Translations under genes and position numbers: made by a program
From: Hypanus sabinus
Lineage: Eukaryota
Direction of reading: 5' to 3'
NCBI RefSeq assembly: GCF_030144855.1
Contig: NC_082709.1
Span: forward strand, 152,768,001 to 152,832,000
Length of the DNA: 64,000 nucleotides
Shown here: one piece after another, positions 10,740 through 23,500 of the stretch
How positions within the stretch are numbered: the stretch's first letter is position 1
How the letters are laid out: the number at the start of each line of letters is the position of its first letter
Notes under the pieces: model-generated
Database searches by the model: none
Told to the model about the DNA's origin: nothing
The model's input: only the letters and a program-made list of their open reading frames with translations

Positions 10740-12680
10740 TTCAGTATAAGAAAGTAGTGGAGTTGTTTGATGTTATGGGACAAGTAAACTATGATACATA
10801 TCCAGGGCCTGATATGATCTATCCCATATGATGCATGTCAAAAATATTTGCACCTTGTTGTTCCTTTATTTAAGAAACGCAAAAGGATAAGCCAGGTCAT
10901 AACAGGCTGGGGAGCCTTGCAATCATGGTAGGAAAACTATTGGAGAAAATCATAAGCGACAGGATTCAAGTATATTGTAAAAGCCAGAGGTGACTGGGCT
11001 CTGTCATTGTGGTTTTGTAAAAGGGAAATCATATCTTACTAACTCATTTGACATTTTTGAGGAGAAAACTAAAAAGATAAAAACAAAGGATGTAATACTC
11101 AGGCTGTATAAGGCACTGCTAAGGCCTTACTTGGAGTATTGTGGGCAATATTGTACGCAAGTATGTATGTGCTGACATTGGAGAGGTTCATGAAAATGAT
11201 TCCAGGATTGAAATGCTTATCAAACAAGGACCATTTGATGGCTCTGGGCCTGTACTCGCTGGAATCTAGAAGAATGAGGGGGGATCTCATTGAAGCCTAT
11301 CAAATGTTAGAAGTCTTAGATAGAGTGGATATGAAGAGGATGTTTCCTATAGCAGGGGAGTCTAAGACCACAGGGCACAACCTGAGAATACAGGGACGTC
11401 CATTTAGATTAGAGATGAGGAGGAATTTCTTTAAACAGAGGGAGGTGAATCTGTAGAATTCATTGCCACAGGCGGTTGTGGAGGCCAGGTCATTGAATGT
11501 ATTTAAGGTGGAGCTTAACACATTGTTGATAAGTTAGGGCATGAAAGGTTACGGGGAGAAAGCAGGAGAATGGAATTGAGAAAGAATTAGCCATGACGAG
11601 ATGGTGGAGCAGACTCGATGGATCGAATGGCCTAATTCTACTCACAATGCCTTATGGTCTAAGATTAAAGAAGAAAAGATGGCCAGCATTATCTAGATGG
11701 ACTTTAGTAAGGCATTTGACAGATCCTACGTGGTTGGCTGATCTAGAAAGTTAAGGCACATGGGATCAAAGATAAACTGACTAGTTGGATCCAAAATTAG
11801 CTTGGTGATACAAGACAGATGGTTGTGGTGAAGCATTGATGCCAGTGATAGGGAACATTTTGAATGAAAACAAAGGAGGTATAATTAGTGGATGACTGAA
11901 AGTTGGTGGTGTGAAAAGTAGGGAAGGTTGTCTAAGACTACAGCAGGATACAGAGCAGATAAGATGTTGAGCAAAGCATTGGAAAATTGAATTTAAACCC
12001 AACAAGTGTAGGTGATGTATTTTAAGAAGTAAAACAAGGGGTGGTTGCATACAGTAAATGATACAACATTAAGGATGGACAAACTGACCTTGGGTTTCAA
12101 GTCCATAATATCCTGAAAGTGGAAAATTGGATGGTGAAGAAGACTTGCTTTCATAGGTCAAGGCAAAAAATATAAGAGGTGTAATTTTACAAGTCACTGG
12201 TTATGCCATACTTAGAATACTGTGTGCATTTCTGGTCACTACTTTATAGGAAGGATATGTTTGTACTGCAGAGAGTGCAGAGGAGACTCACCAGGATGTT
12301 GCATGGACTGGAGGACTTTGGTTAGAGGAAAGATTTATGAAGGAAGCCAAGAGGTCACCTGATAGAAGTATATAAGATTATGAGAGACATAGACAGGGCA
12401 AATCATAAGAATCTTTAGGTTTAAGGTGACACAAAAATAATTTAAAGGGGATTTAAAAGAAACCTTATTACACAGAGCGTGGTTGGCAAATGCAATTCAT
12501 TTCCAATGGAGGTAGTGGAATCAGATACAATTAAAGAGACCTTTGGACATCCACTTAAATGCTTAAAGCAGAGAAGGATATGGACTTAAAGCTGACAAAT
12601 GGGATTAGTGTAGATGGACAAAAAGGTTGGCATGGAGGTGGCGGTCTGAAGGACCCATTTCTGTGCTGTGCAACTCTATG
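10740..12680 (+). mobile_element. Old CR1 LINE with a younger CR1 3' end nested at ~11078-11660
   Basis: GFVKGKSYLTN; LYKALLRPYLEYC; RRMRGDLIEAYQML; a second decayed CR1 tail follows. Confidence 0.8.
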
Positions 12681-13735
12681 ACTGGATGATTCTTTGTCAC
12701 CATGCTTGAATACAGTACAATGCACACAACATTCAGGTACTCATGTCAGGTTACAAATTTCAAGCAATGACCATCTCCAACAAGAAAGAATCTAACCATC
12801 TACCACTGACATGCAATGGTATTACCACTGCTGAGTGCCTCTCTCTGAACAAGCCATTATGGAACAAGCCATCTAAACACTCTAATAGAGCAATTCAGAG
12901 ACCATTTATTCTCAGAACAGCAGCATTTCAAAAAGATGGCTGAGCATCACTTTCATTAGAAATGTTATGAATGGGCAATAAAGGGAGACCACATTTTCTA
13001 AATGATAATGTGTTCATTTCAAAACAACTTTGCAAATGGCTTAATAGCTATAAAATCCGCAAATCTCTGTGCAATGCCGATAATACGATATGTAGGATGG
13101 TTGAAGTGGGAGGCACAGCGTTGGGATAGTATAATTAGTTATGTTGGCTAGGAGGCTACAAAACTAGCTGAATCACCATCTCCTGATCACTTTCTAATGA
13201 TCATTGAGTGAAGACAAAAGCAGATCAACAAGACACATGCACAAAGAATGTTTAGATGCGGGAGTGTCTCAAATGATCCAAAAGTGTATTTCATTATAAA
13301 GTCATATTCTCAGAATATAAGAAATACTGCTAGAAATTAGCATTAAAACAATTCTCTGGCGATGGTTCATCACTGTAACATTCATCAAAGTAAATTCACT
13401 TTGTTAGATCCTGAAACAAAATTAAACAATTTTCAGTTTCACTGATTGTTGATCAAACATTATTTTTTCCATGAAGTATAACTTTTGATTAATTTTTTGA
13501 GCCCAAGGGTATGTGTGTATACTTTTATTTTTAACTCAAAACAGTAAAACACTTCCCCATTGGGTATAATATTACTAACATAAAAACAGCAAATGATGGA
13601 ACCACTTCTCAGGTCAAGTCAGTGTGAGAAGAGAAACAGGTGATTTTACTGTTTCTTTAAATTTTTATCACTATCACATTAGAAGAGAATGAACCAAATG
13701 TTATTTGCACATTCTTACTTAAACCAATGATCAGA

Positions 13736-13773
13736 TTTAGTGTTCCATGGCAGTTTTAGTGTTCCATGGCAGT
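13736..13773. repeat. 19-bp perfect tandem duplication
   Basis: TTTAGTGTTCCATGGCAGT x2. Confidence 0.85.
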
Positions 13774-14529
13774 TTTGACAAGTAACTCTTTTAAAAAATG
13801 GACTAATAAAGTGAAAGGAGAAGCTGTTTCAAGTTTGAAAAGTTTCACGACAGTTGATGCTGCTCCCATACAGCTCGAGGCATCCTGATTCAGTCCTGAC
13901 CCCCAGTGTAGACAATCTCCACTTCTCCATAACCACATGGGATTTCCACAGGGGCTACAGCTTCCTCTCACATCTCAAAATATAGTAGTAGTTTAATTGA
14001 ATATATCAAATTACCTCTTAACGTGGGTAAGGGTTTAAAAAAAATCACATAATTGATAGGCGTGTGAGAGAGAATTTGGTAAATAAGGGGAGTGGTAATT
14101 TTGGGATTTCTCTTCTGATTGCCAGCATAGGCCCATTAGGCCAAATGCCTTCCTTTTGTGTTATAACAAATAAGCAAGCTTTCATGTGGGAAGAGGACTT
14201 GTGCATGATAGAACCTCATAAAATTAGCAATTGTATATTATTGCACTCTGACCCCTCAGTCAGGAGCTTATAAATTCAAATCCCCCTTCAGTCACTGAGG
14301 CATATAAGAGTTCAGCATTTCTAGACTGTATGGGGGATGCTACCGAGTCTTCAATGCCATCTAAATCTGCTTGACTATAATTCTTCCTACAGATTATGTA
14401 ATACCATGTCTGTTACATCAGTTTGAAAATCAGTACCAAGATAAAAGTTCAATCAAGTACAAATATTTAAATAAAAGTCTTCCTTTATATTTATATTTAA
14501 GCTTTGATACAAATCTTAAAAATTTGAAA

Positions 14530-15190
14530 TGCTTAGAAGCAAATGAGTTTGTGCAGATTCAGCATGTTATCAAGAACTTTGTCAAACTTCCATAGATGCA
14601 GAGTGGAGAATATACTAACTGATTGCATCACGGCTTGGTATGGAAACACCAATGCCCATGAACGGAAAAGATTTCAAAAAGTGGTGGATACAGCCCAGTC
14701 CATCACAGGCGAAGCCCTCCCCACGATTAAGTACATTTACATGGAGTATTGCCACCAGAAAGCAGCATCCATTGTCAAAGACCACCCCCACCACCACCAT
14801 CCATGACATGCTCTCTTCATACTGTTACCATTAGTACAGAATTCTTATGTCCCACACCACGAGGTTCAGGAACAATTATTACCCTACAACCATCAGCCTT
14901 CTAAACTGGGATGGATAACATCACTAACCACAACTCTAAACTGATTCTATGACCTACAGACATTTTCAAGGACTCTATCACAACTTATATTCTAGGTATT
15001 AATATTTTTGCACAGTTTTTTTCTTCTTTTGTACTTTGGCTGTTTGACAGTCTTTACTTACATATAGTTTTTCATAGATTCCATTGTATTTCTTTATTTT
15101 TCCTGTAAATACCTGCAAGAAAATTAATCTTAAGGTAGAATATGGTAACATACATGCATTTTGATAATAAATTTAATTTGAAATTGAACT
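14530..15190 (+). mobile_element. Rex1/Babar LINE 3' fragment
   Basis: TLSNFHRCRVENILTDCITAWYGN...KAASIVKD; aataaa and ttgaactt tail. Confidence 0.8.
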
Positions 15191-17266
15191 TGGGCATATT
15201 GTAAACAATGATTTTCCAATTGCAGGAGCAATTGTAATGTAGACAACGTGTAGACAACATTGTAGACAATGTCCCACATACAACCAAACTGATGTCTCAG
15301 TCTACTTGATATTTGCAGGTTCCCTTTGAAGTAAGAACTCGAACATCAGAGAATGTCCATTCTTCCTTTTTAAATATTAGCATCTTTAATTAACATGCAT
15401 CTTCTTGGTTACCTCAAGATGGCAGTAAAGTTTCAGCCTGTAATTTGACCTCAAAGCAAGGTAGGAAATTCAAAATCACAATATTCCGATTCATACACAG
15501 CGCTCCCAAACGGATATTAACAGAATCAAAACATCTTTCTCTGAAATATTAACACCAAGAAGCTAATATGTGTGCACATAAATGGAGATACAAGGGATTC
15601 TGCAGGTGCTAAAATCTTAAGCAATACACACAAAAGGCTGGAGGAACTCAATGCAGTAGTTCAGGCAGCATCTTCCTGATTCCATATTAGAATCTGGTTT
15701 AATATCACTCACATATGTCATGAAATTTGTTGTTATATGGCAGCAGTACATTGCAATACATAGTAATAACTATAAATTACAATAAGTATATATTAAAAAT
15801 TAAATTAAATTATAGTGCAAAAAGAAAGGGGAAAAATTACTGAGGTAGTGTTCATTGTCCATTCAGAAATCTGATGGCAGAGGGGAAGAAGCTTTCCTGA
15901 AACATTGAGCGTATATCTTTAGACCCCTCTACCTCCTCCTTGATGGTAGCAATGAAAAGAGGGCATGAAAAATAGCTGCTGACATGCCTCCTTTGTAAGT
16001 GCATCAATATGTTGGGCCCAGAACAGATACTCAAGGATGTTGACACCCAGGAATTTGAAACTGGTCACCCTTTAACTTTTGATCACTTGATCTAAAATGG
16101 ACTAAATGGAATGAGCCAATGAATGTCGACTGTCCATTTCCCTCCTGATACTGCCTGATCTGCTGCCATTCCTCCTTGTGTGTGCACTGCAGATTGACTA
16201 TCATCATATAGACTCTGTTTCCCAACCCACATCCTGAAAACTATAGTTCTCATCGTTCTTCAAATAGGCAAGGCCTTATGTCACCCATAGTTGTGACCTT
16301 TCTAGGTACAGAGTTTGTTCTGATTTAAAATCATAGTTGCTTGTTTTGTAAATTTGTTTAAAAAATATACTTGGCATGCAACATGATCTTCAATGTGATC
16401 TATCATTGTTGGAAGATGCAAGATGCCATATTACTTTCTAAAATTCTGGCCACTGAAGTGAAAGTGTTGTGTGAATGAAAGTTCATTAAAGACCTTGGAT
16501 GATTATAGCATTGTGTTGGAGGTAAAGAAAGAGTAATTTTTAACAGTAACACCCAGCTGAAGACTCAGAAGATCTCAGAGGATTTATAACTCAGGCAATT
16601 CTCTGAAGAAGCAAAGTTGCCCTATTTTCAACTTTAATACAGCAGAACTTTATTTAGAAATAACTCTTTTCCCATTTCATTCTGTCCATATAATTCTATA
16701 GTTAATTAAAAGTAAAAGTACAGAAACAAATCAGATTGAGTTATTCTTCTTCTACCATTCAATTCCAGGCTCGAACCTGAAGGTTCCACAGCTGACTTTT
16801 CCAAAAACCTACCCTGATGAGACATGAAGGAACAGCAGTCTGAAATGCAAAAGAAAAACCTGCTGGCAGAACCATGTACCACATTAACAGTGATATACAT
16901 TTTAAATTTCCAACATGGCATTATCTGAGAAAATCAGATTCTGACTATAAAAGCAAACAACTAATACAAATGTATTATCTGTTTCTATTGATGCATCTCC
17001 ATGAATTCTAATATTCTTGTTTAAAATTGTTTATGCACTTTGTTTTATTACATAAGGATAACCTGCAGTCAAGTATCTATTATATATATTGCAATGTTAT
17101 CCTCTCTGAAGTTTAAGCAACAAGCGGAATACAATTGTGCATCACATGATTGTTACAAATACATTTTAAATGACTTCATTTTAAATGTCCTAAATATAAA
17201 CTGTGATACTAACCATTTCAGCTACTGAATTAACAGTAACAAAGTTAGGATTAAGACACTAAAACC

Positions 17267-17500
17267 TTATGCAATCAGGTTGGAAAATCTATTTGCTGTT
17301 TGTTTTGTATTAAACATATGAATAAGGCTGTTTCTCTCAGGTTCTGATTTCTGAGTTCTGCACATGCTGACGAGAGGGACACGCTTTGATCTGCACTCTC
17401 TTACATAGTATGAGCAAGTTTTCAGATGTTCTGCCATGCTGGGGTTGTCATTAAAATTCCATTTCTCGATTGTGGAAAAGAAAGAGCTGTATTGCCACTT
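17267..17500 (-). CDS. FBXO40: FBXO40 last coding exon (77 aa + TAA)
   Basis: Acceptor ttctttttattacag|AAG TGG CAA; not in the ORF track, translated by hand. Confidence 0.92.
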   Translation of the reverse strand, partial: KWQYSSFFSTIEKWNFNDNPSMAEHLKTCSYYVRECRSKRVPLVSMCRTQKSEPERNSLIHMFNTKQTANRFSNLIA

Positions 17501-20500
17501 CTGTAATAAAAAGAAAGTTATAGTCTTATTAATTCATGGTTTGGTTTGCAAGACAAATTATGCAAGTTAAAATTCACTGTTGTAAAGAGGTAATTCCATG
17601 AAATAACTAATAAGAGAATTTTTTACCCTAAGAGAACCACTTTAGTTAATTATCATGCAGCATTTAACAGCTGGTTTGAGATAAGAAGTCAAGAAGAGCG
17701 AAATGCATTTCCCTAGAAGATACTGCTCGGAAACAGTTAAACCCGATTTCCATATCTTAGAGTTGAACCTCTGCTTAGCTCTAGTATCTTATATCAGTAC
17801 AAAGGGGAGGAATCAGTCAAAGCAGCTCTAAAGATTGAGAAGTTTTAGACAATTAAAAATTATATCCAAAACGACTCATGCAGATATTTTCTATAATTGC
17901 CTTTGCTGGTTCATGATTCAATGTACCCAAATCAGATCCTCGGGGGAAAAGTACTAGCATCCACAGATTGCTACAGTATGAGTCTGCTAATTATGATCAT
18001 TTTCTTTTGCTCACAGCAATGTTTGAAAAGTTTTGACAATACCAGTAAACCCATTGAATACTCCATCATGCTTTAATTTTGAGTCATACTTGTTCACTTG
18101 AAATCTAGCTGCTCATAGAAAGGAGGAATTGACATTCCTATTTAAAAATAGTTACTTCTGATGAGAAAGTCTTTTTCATTTCTAATAATAAAACTTCACA
18201 AGGACACTTCATTTTAATAGAAAACATGTAAAATGAAATAGCTTCGTTAGACACCTCATGTACCTAATAGCCACTGACATATATTCATTGTCTTCTGTTG
18301 CGTAGCCCAACCACTTCAAAGTCGACATGTTGTGCATTCAAAGATGCTCTTCTAAAGACCACTATTGTAATGTGTAGTTACTGTCACCTTCCTGTCAGCT
18401 TGAACCAGTCTGGCCATTCCCCTCTGATCTCTCTCATTAACAAGGCATTTTTGCCCACAGAACTGCCATTCACTGGATGTTTTTCTTTTTGGCACCATTC
18501 TCTGAAAAGTCTAGAGACTATTGTACATGAAAATCCCAGAAGGTCAGCAGTTTCTGTAATAGTCAGACCACCCTGTCTAGCACCAAAATTCATTCCACAG
18601 TCAAAGTCACATTTCTTCCTTATTCTGATGTTTGGTCTGAACAACAACTGAACCTCTTGACCATGTCTGCGTACTTTTATGCATTGAGTTGCTGCCACAT
18701 GATTGCTGATTAGATATTTGCATTAATGAGCAGGTGTATAGGCATACCTAATAAAGTGGCCACTGAGTGTATTGCCCAATTGCAATGCTTATTAGAAGAA
18801 GTTGCTTATGTTTAAGCAAATAAATCCTAAAGATGTAAAGTCTAATCAAATTTGGAGATTATAAATGCCCTCTTGGTTTGGGTCTTACACCCTGGACCCA
18901 TCCACAACCACAAACAAACTCTGGTCAATTTGTACCCTCCGGAACCACTAAATGGTAGGGAAGAGAAGGAAGGGACAGGACAGGAGACAGGATATCAGAT
19001 CTGCTCAGAAGTTCCCTCTGATCTCTACAGGTAACAATAATCATATGTGTCAGAACAAGAGATTTATGGTTTCTGATTTCTCTGTGTGCCAAGTTTGATA
19101 AGTGCCTAATATAGCAATACAGTGATTATATTGAGGATAATCATCACAAATTCTTAAAATAAATTAGGTAGTATTTGTACTTTAGTAAAAGATACCGAAG
19201 TTCCTTAAGGAATATTAAGATTTATTCAAAAACTAACACTGTCTTACATATACAAAGTAAACCACTACCTGGAACAACAATATATTAGCAGGTGTATCAT
19301 CTGTTTCGAATATAGGAAACTCTACAGAATGAGCAGCATTGATTGCATTCATGTCGCTCAATATAGCTAGAGATCCCGTAGTTGGAAATGTTCATAATCC
19401 AGATACCTGGACAATCTAGAAATCATGAAATCTAATTCCACCTTTGCAGTTACTGAATTTGAATTCAGTTCTTTAAAAAAATGGAATTACAAGCTGTTAA
19501 TCAGTAAATGTGATCATGAAGTTCTCAAGAATTTTAAACATCAAGTTCATTTTGATCCTTTAGGGAAGGAAATCAGTTCTTCCTACCAATCAGGACTCAA
19601 ACAGATGAAACAGTAATTTATTCACACTTCTTCCAATTTAGATAATCTCATTTGATGCTCACGATGTGGTCTTCTCGCAAAAATAGATTGAGAAAAATTT
19701 TACAGAACAGTTTCAGACTGCAAGGGTGACCATGAACTTCCATTTATCCGTCTCACTAGTTTTCCATCCTACCACTCTGGCCTCAATCCTTGATCCCATA
19801 TTGTTCTCCAATGATACTCATCATAAACTCAAAGAACAGCTACTCATCTTTAGAATAGGCACAGCACAATTCCCTTTCCCTCTTCCTCTCCCACTCCCTT
19901 CCTCCCCCCCCCCCCCAATTAAATCATGCTTACCTTCTTGGTTTTTCAGATTTGTTTAAAGTTCCTCAACTGTTTCTAGACCAGGAGTTCCTAACTTTTT
20001 TATGCCATGGACCCCTACCATTAACCAAGGGCTCCATGAACCTCAGGTTGGGAACCCCTGTGTCCCTCTCTCCTCTGTGTCTGCTCTACATACTCTATTG
20101 TTTCAGCACTCTCCAATTTCTTCCTTTAAAATAACATAGCAAACATTCTCAGTTAGAATAGCAGTAGTAAGTCTTCTCAGCAACATCTACATTCCAAAAA
20201 CAGATTTTGCAGAATCTGATAACTGTATGTCTCATTTAGCTCACAAAACTCTTGTGCACATTTGATTGGTATCAAATTTATTGAGCCCTAAGAAGCAGAT
20301 TGGAATCAATGTAAAAAAAGGCAACTACATAATTCCAACTACTTGTGTTTAAGAATCTTCAATGAGACATGCAGATCCAAAACCAAAAATAGAAACATAG
20401 AATCTTTAAATAAATGTAAAATTATGTATTGAAAACAAAAAAAAATGAAAAAGGAAAATTATATAAGAGGTAAGGAAACAGATATGTTTATTTAAAAATT

Positions 20501-23500
20501 TAAAATCAGAAACAGCAGAATGGGATCACAGAATGGAAGTTAGTTTTCATTCCCTGAATCTGTTTTGCAGTAATTAATACCTATCATTTTATTAAATGTC
20601 ATGACACTTGAATGGTCAAGCTATTTCAGGAATGTTTAGTGGATTTCCACTGGGTAAATATTGAAATTTCAGCCTCTTAACATATATTATGATCCTAATT
20701 ATCTAGGCAAGATTCCACATAGTACACTCGTGAAGGAGCAAGTTCTTTAAACAGTAAGTTCTTTTTTTCTTTTTTTCACTTTTACTCTCGTGTGTGGTTG
20801 TTTTCTGATTTACACCATAATAAAGCTGAACATTAAAGGCCTCACCATTGTTCTCATTGTGAAAATGAACACCAGCAAAATGTGCTCTTCATGGACCCTG
20901 AAATTATTCCCTCGCCTTCTACAATACCAGAAGTAATAACTGAAAAGTTGTTTTTTTTTTGTGGTGTCTTTGAGGATAGTGTGCTGACACAAATAAATTA
21001 TCTAGCATTTGAATTATACTATGTATTATCAGTAGTGTTACTTTATTATTAGCTATGAGTTAAAAAGACTATAAGAATGCATGCGATCAACAGCCTGAAT
21101 GCCATGAATTGCTTTTCCCAGATTTAGTAATGTTACAATCAAGGCTGGTTATTTTTAAACTGTCAGAGATTATGGATAGAGGAGAACCAAATGAAGGTCA
21201 GCATTCTATCAGTGACTGCTTTGGTAATGGAAAAGTAACAAATCAAGGCTCTTAACTTCTAATATTCTTTATTATTTACATTGAAGATGTAATAATTATT
21301 GAAGAGCATTTTGTTTCTGAATAACACTTGGCAATATTTTAATAGTAGACTGTGATTATTACTGGTATTTTCAAGAAATACCATATGCCAATGGAAAAGC
21401 AATGGCAAGGAGTAAATAACCAGTAATGTATCAAAACATCCCAAAGTGCTTTACAGGCATCATCAAATCTTAATATCAAATCACATAAGAAGGTATTGAC
21501 AGGGCAACATCAACAAATATTCTAATATCATCATGCATCACTGACAGTAACCTTGGGATTTCTGTGTATGCAAACACATTAGTCCCAAAATTACTATTAA
21601 CAGTGCATTGCTTACAAGATGACAGGCAGGCAGTGCTAAAATTCATGTGGAAATCAGCACAGGAATGGAAAATTTGGCAAAATGCCATGTATTGTCACGG
21701 GCAGGTTTGTTAAAGCTGTTCAGGAGGATTTAAACTAATTTGCGGGGGGGGGGGGTGAAACCAGAGTGAAGGGACTTAGGATGGATAGTAAAAATGCAAA
21801 GATATCGTGCAGTCAGACTATCAGGAAGAGCAGGCAGATAATGGGACATAAATGCAGCCAGCGGGGTGAGTGTCAGTGCTTTAGGGATGCAGAATGAAAA
21901 AGGGTAGTAAATACAGTACTCAATGCACAGAGTATAAGAAATAGGGTGGATAATCTTGTTACACTATTACAGATTGTCAGAGATTATGTTGTGGCCGTCA
22001 CTGAAACATGGCTGAAGGATGGTTGCAGTTGGGAGCTAAATGTCCAAGGTTACACGTTGTATCAGAGGGATAGGAAGGTAGGTAGAGGGGTTGGCATGGG
22101 TCTGCTGGTAAAGAATGACATCAAATCAGTAGAAAGATGTGACATAGGATCAGAAGATGTTGAATCCTTGTGGGTTGAGTTAAGAAAATGCAAGGGTAAA
22201 AGGACCCTAATGGCAGATATATACAGGCCCTGCCAACAGTAACTGGGATGTGGACCACAGATTACAACACGAAATAGAAAAGTCATGTCAAATCAGCAAT
22301 GTTATGATAGTCATGAGAGATTTCAACATACGGGTTAATTGGGAAAATCAGGTTGGTAATGGATCTCAAGAGAGTGAGTTTGTTGAATGCCTAGGAGATG
22401 ACTTTTTGGAGCAGTTTATCATTGAGCCTACTAGAGGATCAGCTATACTGGATTGGGTGTTATGTAATGAAACAGAGCTGATTAGTTAGTTTAAGGTAAA
22501 AGAACCCTTAGGAGGCACTGATCATAATATGATTGAGTTCAGCTTGAAATTTCATAGGTAGAACGTAAAGTCTGATTTAGCAGTATTTCAGTGGAGCAAA
22601 GGAAATTATGGTGGTATGAGAGAGGAGTTGGCCGAAGTAGATGCTGGTAGGGATGACAGCAGAGCAACAATGGCATGAGTTTCTGGGAAAAATGAGAAAG
22701 GTGCAGGATAGTAGTATTCCAAAAATGAAGAAATACTCAAATGGCAAAATAGTATAACCATGCCTGCATGGTCATGCACTTTGGTAGTAGAAATAGAAAT
22801 AAATGTGCAGGTTATTTTCTATACGGGGAGAAAATCCAAAAATCTGAGATGCAAAGAGACTTGGGAGTCCTTATGCAGAAGAACCTGAAGGTTAACCTGC
22901 AGGTAGAATCGGTGGTGAGGAAAGCAAGTGCAATGTTAGCATTCATTTCAAGAGGTCTAGAATACAAGAGCAGGGATGTGATGCTGAGGCTTTATAAGGC
23001 ACTGGTATTGTGAACAGTTTTGGGTTCCTCATCTAAGAAAAGATGTGCTGGTATTTGAAAGGGTCAAGAGGCAGTTCACAAAGATGATTCCAGGAATGAA
23101 AGGGTTATCATTAGAAGTATTGATGGCTATGGGTCTGTACATGCTAGAACTTAGAAGGATGAGGGGGGATCACATTGAAACCTTTCAAATGTTGAAAGCC
23201 CTAGACACAGTAGACATGGAAAGGATTTTCCCATGGCAGGGGAGTCTAGGACAAGAGGGCACAGCCTCAGGATACAGGGGCGTCCATTTAATACAGGGAT
23301 GCGGAGAAATTTCTTCAGCCAGTGGGTGGTGAATTTGTGGAATTTGTTACCATCAGCAACTGTGGAGACCAGGTCGTTGGGTGTATTTAAGGCAGAGATT
23401 GATAGGTTCTTGATTGGACAGGTAGTCAAAGGTTATGGGGAGAAAGCTGGGGAGTGGGACTGAGGAGGGGAAGAAAGGATCAGCCATGATTGAATGGCGG

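Noticed and set aside
15236-15270. Three TGTAGACAA repeats, and other short repeats as a CRISPR-like array
   Set aside because: Simple slippage duplications with no spacers; eukaryotic context.
20740-21000. Possible conserved non-coding element or snoRNA in the FBXO40 intron
   Set aside because: No convincing box motifs with terminal stem; cannot be supported without alignments.
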